Assembly (NCBI RefSeq): GCF_964355755.1
Contig: NC_092676.1
Location: forward strand, 20,230,871-20,294,870
Length of the DNA: 64,000 nt
Origin: Antedon mediterranea
Lineage: Eukaryota > Animalia > Echinodermata
Direction: 5' to 3'
The position numbers and the translations under genes are program-made. Every line of letters begins with the position of its first letter. The first letter of the stretch is position 1. The notes below the pieces were generated by a model. It did not search any database. It was given only the letters and a program-made list of their open reading frames with translations, and was not told the origin of the DNA. Below are positions 48,057-61,985 of this stretch, piece by piece.

Positions 48057-50800
48057 CCTACGGAAGTGATGAACTTTATTAAAACTACAAAGTAACATAT
48101 ATTCAATGTCTGATTTAATTAATCTTTATATTTCATGTTTTAGGGGGACAATACATCTTTAACACAAGAGTATTTACATCATTATGTAGATAATTAAGTA
48201 ATTGAATTAAAAAATTAAAATCATCCTAAGATGATGTAATCCCACGCGTGACATCATCTTAAAAAGCTTTGACGGTTTCAAAAGTCAAAGATGATTTTAA
48301 ATTTATAAATAGAATAAATTAATTAGACCAGCTTGTTATTGCGCTTCTTCTCCAACAATATTAAATGCTGACATATATGACGAACATTTCGATTTAGATT
48401 TTTGTATCACAATCTTACATTCGCATTTTATTACCATCTTTTAAAGCTTTTTATCTAAACGTTATTTGTAGGCGTAGATTAATATCATGACAATAAGCTA
48501 ATTTAGTACTTTGTCACGTTTCTACTGCACATTTAGCACTGATTTCTTACGACCTAACGGCCTTTTCGTGGACAGATCTGGATATTTTATTGTTGTTTGT
48601 GTAATGTTTACATTAAAAGTCATGGAAAGTTTATTATTCATTTCCATTTACAATCGTTCTTGGAATATTGCGTTGTTTTCAATTGTTGAAGAGTAAAATG
48701 AATTGTTTATTAATTGTGGTGTGTTTTTTTTTTCAACTACTGTATGTATATCAATGAGTAATCGTTATGTGTCTTTTATGGACTCTTCGAAGTTTTAGTT
48801 CATTTTGCTGTAGCCTACACATTTTTATAATATATATAGGCCTAAGTCTTCTATATTCTCTTGTAAAAGAACAAAATTTAGAAAAGGTATATTTTACACT
48901 CCATTTCGTTCTCCTCTTTCTTCACCATTTATTTAATTTTTAAATGTGATAATGTGTATATTATAAATGAATTGCAAGTTTCTCCACAATCAACGTTTCC
49001 TAATAATCTTAGTAATGACTATCGGCACGGTCAACATTGCGTGCAATTTACTATTTTCTATCGGTCGGACAACCGTGCGCAATTTACTATTTCCTATATG
49101 CACGGTCGACATTGTGTCTAATGTATTTTTTTCACATGGTTATTGTTTACAAAGTTTATTATTATTTTTCCTAGAGAAGTGTCCAAATGTCAATTGTGTT
49201 TTAGAACTGTTTCTATAAAGATTTCGTGTAGTTATAAATATGCAATATCCATTGAGTGCTTGACTGTGATCGGGTTTTTGTTGTTAATATAATTGATCGA
49301 TCCTTTTAGTTTCTTCTCATCATTCATTACCTTGCCGCATTACGGTTTACTTGATGCATTTAGTTAAATAGTATTAAAGTAATGTGAATTATTTTTGTTT
49401 TTTAAATTATTACCGTCGTATAAATCTACATTTACAATTGTTTTGTTTAACAGATCAGAAGACGTTCTACAAATATGGATCGGTAATAATTAGGCCTTTC
49501 AATAAAACGTGTCAAAACTAACTCGAATTCATGTCGACAATGAGATGTATTTGCTGTTACAATTGATCATGAGGTTGGATATAATAAATGTACAAGCAAA
49601 ATCATGATGTTTTAGGTGCGGCCTAAGGTATTGTGTGTGTGGGAAGCCCCGTATGTCTAATTTCGTGGAATTTACTTTTTTTTCTAGAATAACTCAAGGT
49701 TAAATGGTTTTACCTACTTTACAAGATCTTTTTATATAAATATATAAATAAAATGATAATAAATCTACTCGGTTAGCGGGAAATGGCTTTGGTCATGTTA
49801 CAAAAGGAGCTAAGAAGTTGTCAAAACAATACATATATACCGGTACTATCTGATAACTTAACCACATAAACTCATAGAAAGTAGAAAGCCTGTTGCCATT
49901 TTCCCCTTACTGTACTGCTTTTGTCCGCCGTGGGAGATGACACACGTTTTTCAGCATCAAATTCAGGCATCACAAGCTGTACTATACTTTGAGTTAATAT
50001 TTTCTTCCATAGCTTTATTTAATTACTAAGCCCGTGCTTAGGAAAGAAATATATATAATTAGTAAAAGCATCTGTTTAATAGATACATTTTATATAATAT
50101 AAATTGACGTGCTTTGGTAGCAAAACAGGACACTCAAAAGTGTAATGCAACCGCGTACTTAGTCTCATAGACTAATCCATTAATTCCGAAACCGACTATT
50201 AAATTCGGAAACAAAATATAGATGAAATTTGGTAAATATTATTTATTTTATTCTAATTAATTTCACTATTACCACCGATGGTGTCTTATAGATACCGACA
50301 TTTTTGTCAATTACTTCCGATGCCATTGACCTCTCAACTTATTGGCTTCATAAGTACCTCCGATGTGGAAATATAATATATCTTATTTTTAACATGCCAT
50401 AACTTAGGATCCGGCAATGGCTCGAACAACCACCGCTTACAGGAGAGAAGTACCTGCGACATTTTTTTTCATAATACTCACGGACATGTTTGTCCTTTCT
50501 GCATATGCAGTATATCTTTCCTCGCGGGATAAAAGAATTCACACATTTATTTTTCATACATTTATTTGTTTGACAATCGGTGGTCCGGTCGTGTTTGCGT
50601 GAGCAAAGAAGCGCGAGAACATATCGTGTCAGCAGCCCCTATCATTAAAACTTAACTCGGTGCTTAAAGGGATAGGGATGGGGAGGAAGTTAGTTTCCCT
50701 CTCTGGGTAGAATTCCCTAGTATATGAGTATCCTAGTGTTTCAAAACTCCCTGAGGCATAAGCATCTTTATATGCAGACGATTTAGTAGGCCTACTGTAA

Positions 50801-50950
50801 AGCTCTGTCTACACTATCAAACTAGTTTGACAAAAAAGTGCCCAAATATGGTAGTGATATGCCCAAATATGGTAGTGATATGACATTAAGTCCATATAGG
50901 GGCACATCACATTTTTTTGTCACATAAAGTTTAATAGCATAACAGAGCTA
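50801..50950. mobile_element. MITE family A copy
   Basis: AGCTCTGTCTACACTATCAAACTAGTTTGAC ... AGTTTAATAGCATAACAGAGCT. Confidence 0.8.
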
Positions 50951-51802
50951 AAGATGAGTTCCATGCGTTTCTGAAATCCGCCTTTGAAATATATAAATTT
51001 ACAAATAATTAAGTAAATTTATATATACAGTAGATGTAATAATATTACATAATAATAGACAGATTTATATAGCGCAAATAAACGATGTCTCTATGCGCTC
51101 GACAATAACGAGAAAGAGTCGAAAACAAAAGGACGAGAACAAAAAGACAAAAACACCAAGCTAGCACACAAACCGGAGTATGGGGATACACCATCATCAC
51201 CAGAATATGTTATGTAATATGTTATATTAACTTCGATTAGGTAGGTAAGTGCAGTCACAGAATAAGTTCTAATATAATAAATATAAATAATACTAAATAT
51301 ATATAGTAGTAAAGGGAAATGAACATTATTAAGAATCATTATACTATAATATCCCCTGTCATTGTTGTATAACTATTATACTATCGTCGATAGAATGAAC
51401 GTGATGTGAATCTAAAGTCAAGTGGATACCATTATAGAGAAAACGGTGTCAAGGTGTATATATCGACGCACCTGTCGGTAAGTTCAAACGGAAATCGCGA
51501 GGGACTGCCCGTTTATAGAAAACGTACGGTAATTAATGGATGAAACCCCACCGTTTTGAGTAATACACAGTACTCCGGAACAATACCGTTTGGAATAATC
51601 CGGAAAATGCTTAAAGTGTATGCGTGATATATGAAGTAGGCTTTATTTATCGTATATAAGAGGTTTTTCATATTCACTGGCGGATCCGGCAGTTGATAAT
51701 ACATTTACAGGCACAGAATAAATTCTAAACCGCCCAGTGATATACTGAAAATTAATAAATTAATTTGAAACATTAAAAAAAAGGAAATCGGTGAGAATGA
51801 GA

Positions 51803-51878
51803 AAAAAACCCGAGATTCGAACCCGGAACGTTCTGTTTGATATGCAGATGCCCTAAACATTACACCACTAGACTGGTA
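51803..51878 (-). mobile_element. tRNA-derived SINE head or tRNA pseudogene
   Basis: TAGTGGTGTAATG (A box) and GGTTCGAATCTC (B box) followed by a T-run; no convincing acceptor stem. Confidence 0.5.
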
Positions 51879-52067
51879 TCAATACGTTACGGACGCGCAG
51901 CAGTGATCCTACAATTATCAATTCATAACAACGTTTAACAATTTGAATTCATAAATTGTATGTAAAGTTGTTTGTAAAAATGCTTCCAGGTTAAGAGAAG
52001 GATTTTGTACTATTCGTCACTACTACTCTTTATTTAAGTTTTAATGGTTCGGTTTAACTATAATTTA

Positions 52068-53698
52068 CACCACCACTAAACTGACCATTTGTCGAGTGTC
52101 ACCACCGCTAAACTGACCATTTGTCGAGTGTCACCAACACTAAACTGACCATTTGTCGAGTGTCACCACCACTAAACTGACCATTTGTCGAGTGTCGCCA
52201 TCAATAAACTGAACATTTGTCGAATGTCACCATCACTAAACTGATAATTTGTCGAGTGTCACCACCGCTAAACTGACCATTTTTCGAGTGTCACCAATAA
52301 TAAACTGACAATTTGTTGAGTGTCACCATCACTAAACTGACAATTTGTCGAGTGTCACCACCACTAAACTGACCATTTGTTGAGTGTCACCAACAATAAA
52401 CTGACCATTTGTCGAGTGTCACCATCACTAAACTGACAATTTGTCGAGTGTCACCACCACTAAACTGACAATTTTTCGAGTGTCACCATCACTAAACTGA
52501 CAATTTGTCGAGTGTCACCAGCACTAAACTGACAATTTGTCGAGTGTCACCACCACTAAACTGACAATTTTTCGAGTGTCACCACCACTAAACTGACAAT
52601 TTGTCGAGTGTCACCACCACTAAACTGACAATTTGTCGAGTGTCACCACCACTAAACTGACCATTTTTCCAGTGTCACCAGCACTAAACTGACAATTTGT
52701 CGAGTGTCACCACCACTAAACTTGACAATTTGTCGAGTGTCACCAGCACTAAACTTACCATTTTTCGAGTGTCACCAGCACTAAACTGACCATTTTTCGA
52801 GTGTCACCAGCACTAAACTGACCATTTTTCGAGTGTCACCAGCACTAAACTTACCATTTTTCGAGTGTCACCACTACTAAACTGACAATTTGTCGAGTGT
52901 CACCACCACTAAACTGACAATTTGTCGAGTGTCACCACCACTAAACTGACAATTTTTCGAGTGTCACCACCACTAAACTTGACAATTTGTCGAGTGTCAC
53001 CAGCACTAAACTGACCATTTTTCGAGTGTCACCAGCACTAAACTGACCATTTTTCGAGTGTCACCGCCACTAAACTTGACAATTTATCGAGTGTCACCAC
53101 TACTAAACTGACAATTTGTCGAGTGTCACCACCACTAAACTGACAATTTGTCGAGTGTCACCACCACTAAACTGACAATTTGTCGAGTGTCACCACCACT
53201 AAACTTGACAATTTTTCGAGTGTCACCAGCACTAAACTGACCATTTTTCGAGTGTCACCACTACTAAATTGACAATTTTTCGAGTGTCACCACCACTAAA
53301 CTGACAATTTTTCCAGTGTCACCAGCACTAAACTGACAATTTGTCGAGTGTCACCACCACTAAACTTGACAATTTGTCGAGTGTCACCAGCACTAAACTT
53401 ACCATTTTTCGAGTGTCACCAGCACTAAACTGACCATTTTTCGAGTGTCACCACCACTAAACTGACAATTTTTCGAGTTTCACCACCACTAAACTGATAA
53501 TTTGTCGACCCCACCACTAAACTTGACAATTTGTCGAGTGTCACCAGCACTAAACTGACCATTTTTCGAGTGTCACCAGCACTAAACTGACCATTTTTCG
53601 AGTGTCACCACCACTAAACTTGACAATTTGCCGAGTGTCACCAGCATGCACTAAACTGACCATTTTTCGAGTGTCACCGCCAGTAAACAAACCATTTA
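52068..53698 (+). repeat. 32-bp minisatellite, about 50 copies
   Basis: Unit CACCACCACTAAACTGACAATTTGTCGAGTGT with recurrent variants and occasional 33-bp units; no unique spacers. Confidence 0.97.
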
Positions 53699-54415
53699 TC
53701 TTCCATGCATTCTGGGCTCCATATTTCTTTAGCCAATTGTAACAACTTTTACATCACATTTCTATTTTAATCTTTAGATTTCATCGCTATCATCTGTATG
53801 AAAAACCCTACAACTTTAGCATCCAATTCTACCATCCAACAATATACAGAGATGGGCCTCTTTGTGAAAACAAGCCCTTTTCGAGGTTTTATGGACCCTT
53901 CTTTTGTGTATGTCTAAATCATCTCTGTGCGTTAGTCACTCTCTACCAGTGATACACTTTCTCCCAGTGATATAATAATGTTATGCCGTCAGAAAGTGCG
54001 ACGTTTACTTATTTATAAGGAGCACCTCTATCACCTCATCAGCAGGACCCAACAATGTGTCCCCTAATAGCGATATCCTCTGAATAAGGGTGGCTCTTAT
54101 ATTTCCCCTTTTAGTTCGTTTCACATGGCAGACCCCCCCCCCCCACCCCCCTTTCCCCAAGGACAGATTCTTTACTAATATTTATTAATAGATTATGACG
54201 ATTCGATTTCGAAACGATTCGATTTCGTAATGATTCAGTATCTTTTCGCAGAAAGTAACGTGTTCAGTAAATGATAAGTCCTCCTCCTCCTGCGTTAAAC
54301 ATGTCATTTCTCATGACGCATTCAATAATAGCGACATTATCACATTAAAACTCATTAAGTAGGAGTAACCATTCCAACACAATGGCCGTAGTGTTAAACA
54401 TTATCCTCCCTCCAT

Positions 54416-54612
54416 CAGTGGCGTAATGGCTATGAGCGCTCACTGGCTAAACCCAGGGGCCCCGGAGCTTATGGGAGCCCCTGAGTAGGGCCGGCTCTGA
54501 GGAATAAAAAAGGCATTAAAATATGTCAACAAATTCTAAAAACGCTGTCTTCCAGCGGTGTAGGGCAACTTTTTAAAGTTCCTAAACCAGGGGCCTCTGC
54601 GTTACGCCAATG
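54416..54612. mobile_element. hAT-type MITE with 8-bp TSD
   Basis: CCCTCCAT|CAGTGGCGTAA ... TTACGCCAATG|CCCTCCAT. Confidence 0.85.
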
Positions 54613-55747
54613 CCCTCCATCCACCCTCCCCTCCTGGTTTGTTTCACTGGAAAGTGTCCCTAGTGGGGTATCCTAAGAGAATAACGTCTTCACCAAGGGT
54701 CATTCAGCCGGCAATTATTAAAGTCCTTCCCATTCAATTAACTAAATTAAAGTAATAAATATATGCGCGTAAGTATAAAACAATTACCATGCACAATCGC
54801 AGAATTTAATATTTTTCTCTAGGCCTATTTCAAAATAATAATAAAGCCATTTTCTGTCCATGTCACGATACATAATTTGTAGTCGTATTACTATATGGTT
54901 ATATTAATATGCAAAATGATTCTGTGACGGCTACTTTCGTTTGAACTTCCACAAATATAGTATATTAATTAAAATGAGTAATTTATTAAAATGATCTTAA
55001 TTTGTGCGATATTATAAAACGTATTAATCTTTTGCAGAATTATGAGTCAGTGATAGTGATATATTTGTGCGCTTTGTATCTTTATATGGTCAAGCGCATG
55101 GTTCACCGCAATTAATTTCTGAGATTATTAACTAATCACGATGCATCAATCATCATAAATGAGGTACAGATCAAAAATAATAATATTTCATCACTATGTG
55201 ATATAAAGTACTCTATCAAATCACAGAGGAATTACTTTAGAGCAAATTATGTTTAGATCGTACCCGCAGTCATGTGTAATATGGTTCAAGGCCATGTGTG
55301 TTAATTAACCCGTAACAATCAACTTCACCACACCTTCATTGTATCTAGGATACATTAAAATCACATAATTGTTAGAATGGGGAAAATTATACGCGTAAAA
55401 TAATCGTACATGACGTAAGCATTGTCGTGTTTACCGCGTTGTTGTTGTTTCAGTTAAAACAACATGATTGCTTTCATATATAAATAAATAATTGTATGTA
55501 TTAAGTGATATAAAATAGCATGTTTGTCAATGCAAATGTTCTAGTATAATATCGTTTATGCATTACCAATTCTTCCGTTATCAATATATCATGATTCTTT
55601 ATAAATTGTTATCGTTATTATCATCTTATATTGTGATATTATTATTATTGTTATTTTAGTAGTATATTGATATTAATAATAAAAAATATTATTAATATCG
55701 CTGGTGTTACAATGTACGATAATCATTAAATGGCGGTGATATCTTTA

Positions 55748-55980
55748 GCGTGGTTTCCACTAGGACGTACACGTGTTGACCAATGACAAGCGACGGTTCG
55801 AATAATCCATCGCTTGTGATTGGTCATCACGCTCGCGTTGCGATGTTGCGAACCAACCAGACATTAAACGCAGCGCAAGTGAGTTGATCAGTAAAATGCG
55901 ATAGAATATGATAATTCGAACTGCCGCTTGTCATTGGTCAACTGGCTTGCGTTGCGCTTACGTAGTGGAAACCAAGCTTT
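55748..55980. mobile_element. MITE family C copy (internally rearranged)
   Basis: GCGTGGTTTCCACTAG ... TAGTGGAAACCAAGCT with duplicated GACCAAT.ACAAGCG arms. Confidence 0.7.
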
Positions 55981-56901
55981 AGTAGTAACGTGAAAAAGGA
56001 ATTTCAACAAAATGGAAAAGCCTATTATCAAGCCTGGTGACAGTCGTACATTACACATTTCCATTTGAGTCAATGCGCAGTCCCTGTTATATTTTGTATG
56101 TGTTTTTATTGTATAATTAGTGGAGATCTTGACTGCGTTTTTTTTAGTAAAATATTTGAATGAGAAAAATGCTCGAAGGTTTATGTCGATCAGAAACTGC
56201 TAATAGTTTTAATACGGGTTGAACTTATGTATAATTAGTAATAATTCGTAATGAGTGGGAGTCAGAGAGCGAGTTGGTGTTATATTGAATGTGATATTTT
56301 AGAACTCTGTAAACAAGTTATCGATTTAAATTAAATTACGCCAACTGTAGATTGAATAAAAAAAAATGAATAATCAATTATTGATGCCAACTATACATTA
56401 ATAGAGAACCATGTGATGATGGTGTGTGACGTGAACGTCAAACGTTAACAAACATAATTTGTTTCACTCGGAAGTTATCTATCAATGTATCATGAGAATA
56501 AAGATCAGTAGGTTACGAGACTCGAGGCAACATTGATTCTACTATCGTCTGCGCATGTCCACCAATCGGCTTGTGAAGGTCATTTTGCTGGCGTTTGTAT
56601 ACTTACAGGCCCGTAGCTGGGGGGGGGGGTGGTGTTTACCGCAAACACCCCTTAACCGACTGCGAACCCTCATCCCTGACATGTCCAATACCCTCACCTC
56701 ACCTCTGAAAATCCTTCAAATACGTGCCCAACAATACAAAAGGTTAATCATAAATTGAAAGATTCGTAAACTCGTTCGTGAATAACTCTAACTTCTTCCC
56801 TGTATTATCATATGTCGTGCGATACGTGTCTGTATGAATTATGTGTGAGATTACCATTTCCGGCCATCTAGGTGTATCATTTAACAAAATTGGCTTCGGC
56901 T

Positions 56902-57000
56902 CAGGCCCAACCATGGAGGGGGCGGGGGGGGGGGGGCGGGAGGGGCGGGGCGGGAGGGGACAGTGACCCATCCCCCCCCCCCCTTGACAGATCCTGTCCT
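56902..57000. repeat. G-run/C-run tract, probably a decayed CAG-ended MITE
   Basis: GGAGGGGGCGGGGGGGGGGGGGGCGGGAGGGGCGGGGCGGGAGGGG followed by a C-run; bounded by CAGG...CCTG. Confidence 0.5.
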
Positions 57001-58479
57001 ATTTAAAAAAAATGTATTTATTCAATTTCCAGGTATACAGACAACAACATTACCAAACGAAGTGTGGATGGAGTACCCTGTGGATTGCCAACAGTGCAAG
57101 CACTATCAAAGTGGCTCTCCAATACTCCAAACCACATACATAAATCACATAAAAATTGAAGACACACAAGATACAGATCAAAAGATCATAAATATGAAAA
57201 CTACAATATGACATAAATAGGACACCTATAGGACACACCCTCCTCCACTCGCCTTCGCCAAATATGAGAACAACACAACGAGTAGGCCTATGATGAGTCT
57301 ATATATTTGCGAAGACACCGCCACTTAAGTTTGCAGCTATATAAGTCTTATGATTATGCTCATTACGTTTTGATACGCTACTATAGTTGCGTAATTATTA
57401 GGGCTGCGTAATTAGAGCTGCGTCGTAAACTCAGAAGGTTCGAAATGAAATTTTAAACTTGTACAGATAATTATGGGGAATCGTTTTGAAAACAATTATA
57501 AATTTTGGGTTTTGGTTAAATATTAACGACGTTTCGTGTTCACGAAAATCGAGTCATTTTGCGCACTCGTAGAAGCATTTTTCCCATGCGCAAAATAAGT
57601 ATTGGCTAATATTTTGTGCACGTCGCGTAAAAACGACTCTGTTACCTCAACCATCTATGCAATTGGTAATACCATGTCTCATTAAAAGAAAATCATTTCT
57701 GAATTCATTTCGCATTTACATGTTATTATCTTCAACGAATTTTGGTTAATTCATATATAAAAACACCAGTATGCCTCAAGGCGTCACTAGTTTATCCTAC
57801 TTTTAATTTGAGTAATTAATTTAATATATAGATGTGCGAAATGTGTACCCCGCTGGGGAGCTTAACTTGATTATTGCCCAAAGTGATTAATGGGTACCTA
57901 TTTAAACGATTTGTTACAATTGGGGAAAAAAGAAAATACACTTTGTACAATGTTGGAAATAAATCCTTTGTCATTTACGAAACACAAAATGCTGTCGCCT
58001 AATGGATTGGTAGGGAAATGATTCATTTATCCATCGGTAGAAACATCATCATCATTTCCATTTATTATTATCTGTATGAATAATACATTGAAAATGGTGT
58101 TGCTCTAAAACATTTTTACACAACACAATGCAAACAAAAAAACAACTAAAAAACAGTACAAAACCTCAAACATTCTGTGTTCTTTTGCATTGAAACTGTT
58201 GCGGAATCTATTTGTATGAGAGACGATGTACAGGTAGCTTCTACCGCGCTTTAAAAGAAAAGGATCACCATGCGTTATATGAATTCTCAGCGTGTTTTGA
58301 CCTAATATTAGTAAAAATGCACATATGGCGTTCCATACGTATAATACTCCAGAAAAAAAAAATGAAAAGCCGACTGGTGAACTAACATAAAAAATACAAA
58401 TTAAATACAGACTTGGGGCAAGTCTTATTTGTAAACACAAGATGACAAATATTTTAACTGCAGTTATTGAACTACAGTT

Positions 58480-58740
58480 ACGAAATAACCTAAACTCAGT
58501 TAAGAAATAACCTAAACTCAGTTAAGAAATAACCTAAACTCAGTTAAGAAATAACCTAAACTCAGTTATGAAATAACCTAAACTGCAGTTATGAAATAAC
58601 CTAAACTCAGTTAAGAAATAACCTAAACGCAGTTAAGAAATAACCTAAACTCAGTTAAGAAATAGCCTAAACTCAGTTAAGAAATAACCTAAACTCAGTT
58701 AAGAAATAACCCAAACTGCAGTTAAGAATAACCTAACTGC
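58480..58740 (+). repeat. 22-bp minisatellite (GAAATAACCTAAACTCAGTTAA)n, about 11-12 copies
   Basis: Directly visible tandem array. Confidence 0.95.
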
Positions 58741-59163
58741 TTCATAACCGAATACTGACCAATTCCGCCAGCATAGACGTATACTTTTAACATTCGGATT
58801 AAGGATATGGCCTGGACATATATGATAAATGATACGATATATTATACGATAATATATACGACATTCATTAACACTTTAAATGGCTTTTAATTCCGTTTTT
58901 CTAAGTTTGATGAGAAATATAAACGATTTTGTAACTTTCCACTTCTATGCGTAATCCATTGTTAATAAGGAATTCTCATATTACAATAATGGGAATTCGA
59001 TATCATCAGTAATTTACTATTAATAATAATATTCATAATTTTGTATATATGATTTAAACACAGCGAAATGATTTCATTGGTTTCTTTAACTTCAATGATT
59101 AGATAATCAAATTATTGATAGATATTCACTTATTATGTGTATTGATTAGCAAAACGTATTCGT

Positions 59164-59607
59164 AAATCGATTAATTTATTGATTTCATTGGTTTGCTTCG
59201 ATTATTCTGAGAACAAGCTTCAATAATGGAAAATCGATTAACTATTGATAATACAGAACTTTTTTATTATGAAATATCGACTATCGAAAATCATTTTGCT
59301 TACTGTGTGAATCGATTATTTTATTGATTTCATTGGTTTGCTTCGATTATCCTGAATACCAGCTTTAATAATGGAAAATCGATTTACTATTGATAATACA
59401 AAACTTTTTATTTAAAATATTGACTATCGAAAATAATTTTGCTTACTGTGTGAATCGACTGATTTAATTGGTTTACGATGGAAAATCGATTTACTATTGA
59501 TTATAATAGAAAATATTATGAAATATTGATTATCGAAAATGACGAAATGTGAATCGATTGCTTTTATTGATTGTATTGCTTCACAACGATTATCCTGAGA
59601 ACCAGCT
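59164..59607 (+). repeat. Degenerate ~146-bp tandem repeat, about 3 copies
   Basis: AATCGATTA.TTTATTGATTTCATTGGTTTGCTTCGATTAT...AATGGAAAATCGATT.ACTATTGAT repeated. Confidence 0.8.
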
Positions 59608-59685
59608 GTATTTTCAATTACATGTCAAAGTTCAATGATATCAAAAGATAAACGCTTTCAATAAGTTAATACAAAAATCATCTAA

Positions 59686-60021
59686 AGCTCTGTCTACACT
59701 ATCAAACTAGTTGACAAAAACGTGTGATGTGCACATAATGGTAGTGATGTGCCAAAATATGGTAGTAATATGCCAAAATATGGTAGTAATATGACATCAC
59801 CATTACCATATATGGGAACATTTTTGTCACATAAGGACTGTGAAACTTTATCTAATTATCCTTAGTTCATTTTGTTCTGTTTCCCTTGCTTGACGTTTTC
59901 TGTTTTGTGATATATTTCTGGTGAAAATGATGTATTTGTATGTTTTGAACCATTTTGAAATGTATTTTATGTATGAATTGAATAAATTCAATCAATACAG
60001 TTTTATAGTGTAGACAGAGCT
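59686..60021. mobile_element. MITE family A copy with an internal insertion
   Basis: AGCTCTGTCTACACTATCAAACT ... AGTTTTATAGTGTAGACAGAGCT; an extra ~165-bp T-rich segment ending AATAAATTCAATCAAT. Confidence 0.8.
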
Positions 60022-60903
60022 TTAATAAATCAAATTTAAACCAAAGAAGTGAAGATAATATTAATACTTATTTCCTCTATTTGTATTTATAAATAATACT
60101 CTATTTTTACTTTTATTTACTAAAAGTATAATATTGTGAAAAATATGAATGTATATCATAACGTCAATCTTCCCTGTTATTATGCTGCGTGTCACACCAC
60201 CGGAAATATTTTTAATTTAGTGCTTAAAATAGCACACATCAAAATCATTGTTTTAATTGGCTAATTCCTTTAAAAAAAATCATATATACTAAATATAAAT
60301 ATACTATAAATGCATGGATTGGTATAAAATTTGTGCTCAAAATACGCAATGACGTAAGTGTGCCACAATATAGACGGCCAATCAGGACGCGATGGATCAT
60401 TTGAACTGTCTCTTGTGATTGGCCGACTAAATTGCGTTGCACCTGTTATGTGTATACGTCGTTGCGTCCAAATAAGAACTTATTCCATGAATGCACTGTC
60501 TTTAATTCATTCATTAAAATCATCATTATTTATTAACAGGCATTTATTTATATGGAAATGTGTTTTGTCTAATGTAATCTTTAGCATAGTACATTGTACC
60601 TATAATTTGACACAATTAGAATAATATATTGCATTGTTCTAGGCATATGATGATTTGCATTATACCTTCCATCGTAATATATTCTTACTTCCCAACTTTA
60701 CACAATGCAATTGTTTTAATCTATTTAAAACGCTTAATCCAAATAATTTGTTGTAAACATTATCAAATGCGGATGCAAAAAAAAATGAGAGTTTTAATGG
60801 CAAGAAAGAACAATGGCCTCAAACGAACTATAGCGGCATACATTGAGATGGACATTTTTTCCTTGCAAGGTAGTAAAACAACCCTGCATATTCGAAAAGT
60901 TAA

Positions 60904-61147
60904 AGATATATTGTCCCCCAAAAACATGAAAAAAATTTGATTATTTTGTAGTTTTAATCAAGTTAATCACTTCCGTAAATATTTTCACTTATAAAATGAC
61001 AAAATAAATGGTTATATTCAACCAAAAACTCATTGGTAAATGAAATTTGACTATTTTTTTCTATACAGTTTTTTAGGTAAATACATTTTTTTTTCGACTA
61101 AATTAAAATGACGTATTAACAAAAATGGTGGACAATACATCTTCAAG
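60904..61147. mobile_element. Kolobok-like MITE
   Basis: TTAA|AGATATATTGTCCCCC ... GGTGGACAATACATCT|TCAA; the same terminus occurs at about 44740 and, inverted, at about 48142-48161. Confidence 0.65.
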
Positions 61148-61426
61148 GAGATTTGTCATAGTCGCTTTTAAAAATGTGACAATTGTGCTTTTGAAATATA
61201 AAGGATAGGGCGGAGACTCGACGTGACAAGATGCGCCATTTAGAAATTACACTTTGCCGGAAAAGTTTGGTTTAGGTTTCACTTCATAACACTGTTTTAC
61301 TTTATTTTGCATACATTTAAAAACTTCCGGAATTGTCCCCAACCCCAAGATAGTACATAACGCAACATGTATGTCATAATGTTTCGCAATCCGCAGCGAA
61401 TCAAATCCCTATTTAGCCATCAGTGC

Positions 61427-61590
61427 AAGCTCGGTGGTCTAAAGATGTGAACGCAAGGCTAGTGATCCGGATCCGAGGTCGTGGGTTCGAATCCCCTTGC
61501 GAGTTTTCTCAATGTATAAAATACAAAATGACGTCAGAGTAGGGGAAACCTCTGACCTGATCCGAGCTTAGGGATGTTATTTTGTATTTC
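61427..61590 (+). mobile_element. tRNA-derived SINE-like sequence
   Basis: GCTCGGTGGTCTAA (A-box-like) and GGGTTCGAATCCC (B box). Confidence 0.5.
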
Positions 61591-61849
61591 CCTTTTTTTA
61601 TGAGTTGTATATTATATAATGACTTCAAACGGTGCCGGTACCAAGGAAGAGTTTATACATTCACTTTTCGCTAAGGAGTACTTATTTGTCCCTATACAAA
61701 AAAGATGTTCGAGTTCGGGCCGAATCAACTCTAACCTATAACGCTAAATGTATTACACACGGGACATTCCAACCCTTTAAAAGAAAAAGAAGCATTTTGC
61801 GGGCCTACTCATGTATAATGATAATGCCTGTATAATGGAAGGCTTATGT

Positions 61850-61985
61850 AAAGCCTTGTCTACACTATCAAACTAGTTTGACAAAAAAAAGTATGATGTG
61901 CCCAAATATGGTAGTGATATGACATCATATCATCATGTCCATATATGGGCATATCACATTTGTTGTCACATAATATGTAGACGTT
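61850..61985. mobile_element. MITE family A copy (degenerate right end)
   Basis: AGCCTTGTCTACACTATCAAACTAGTTTGAC...CCCAAATATGGTAGTGATATGACATC. Confidence 0.75.

Noticed and set aside
50690-50722. Helitron 3' end (short hairpin plus CTAG-T)
   Set aside because: The hairpin is too weak and no matching 5' TC end or second copy was found.
51803-51878. Functional tRNA gene (also 61427-61500 and 2390-2450)
   Set aside because: A and B boxes are present but there is no convincing acceptor stem or cloverleaf; better explained as SINE heads.
52068-53698. CRISPR-like array (32-bp partly palindromic repeat)
   Set aside because: Units are head-to-tail without unique spacers, there are no cas genes, and the context is eukaryotic.
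53770-53950. Possible plus-strand exon after TTTAG (FHRYHLYEKPYNF...)
   Set aside because: No recognisable protein similarity and no partner exons; compatible with chance.
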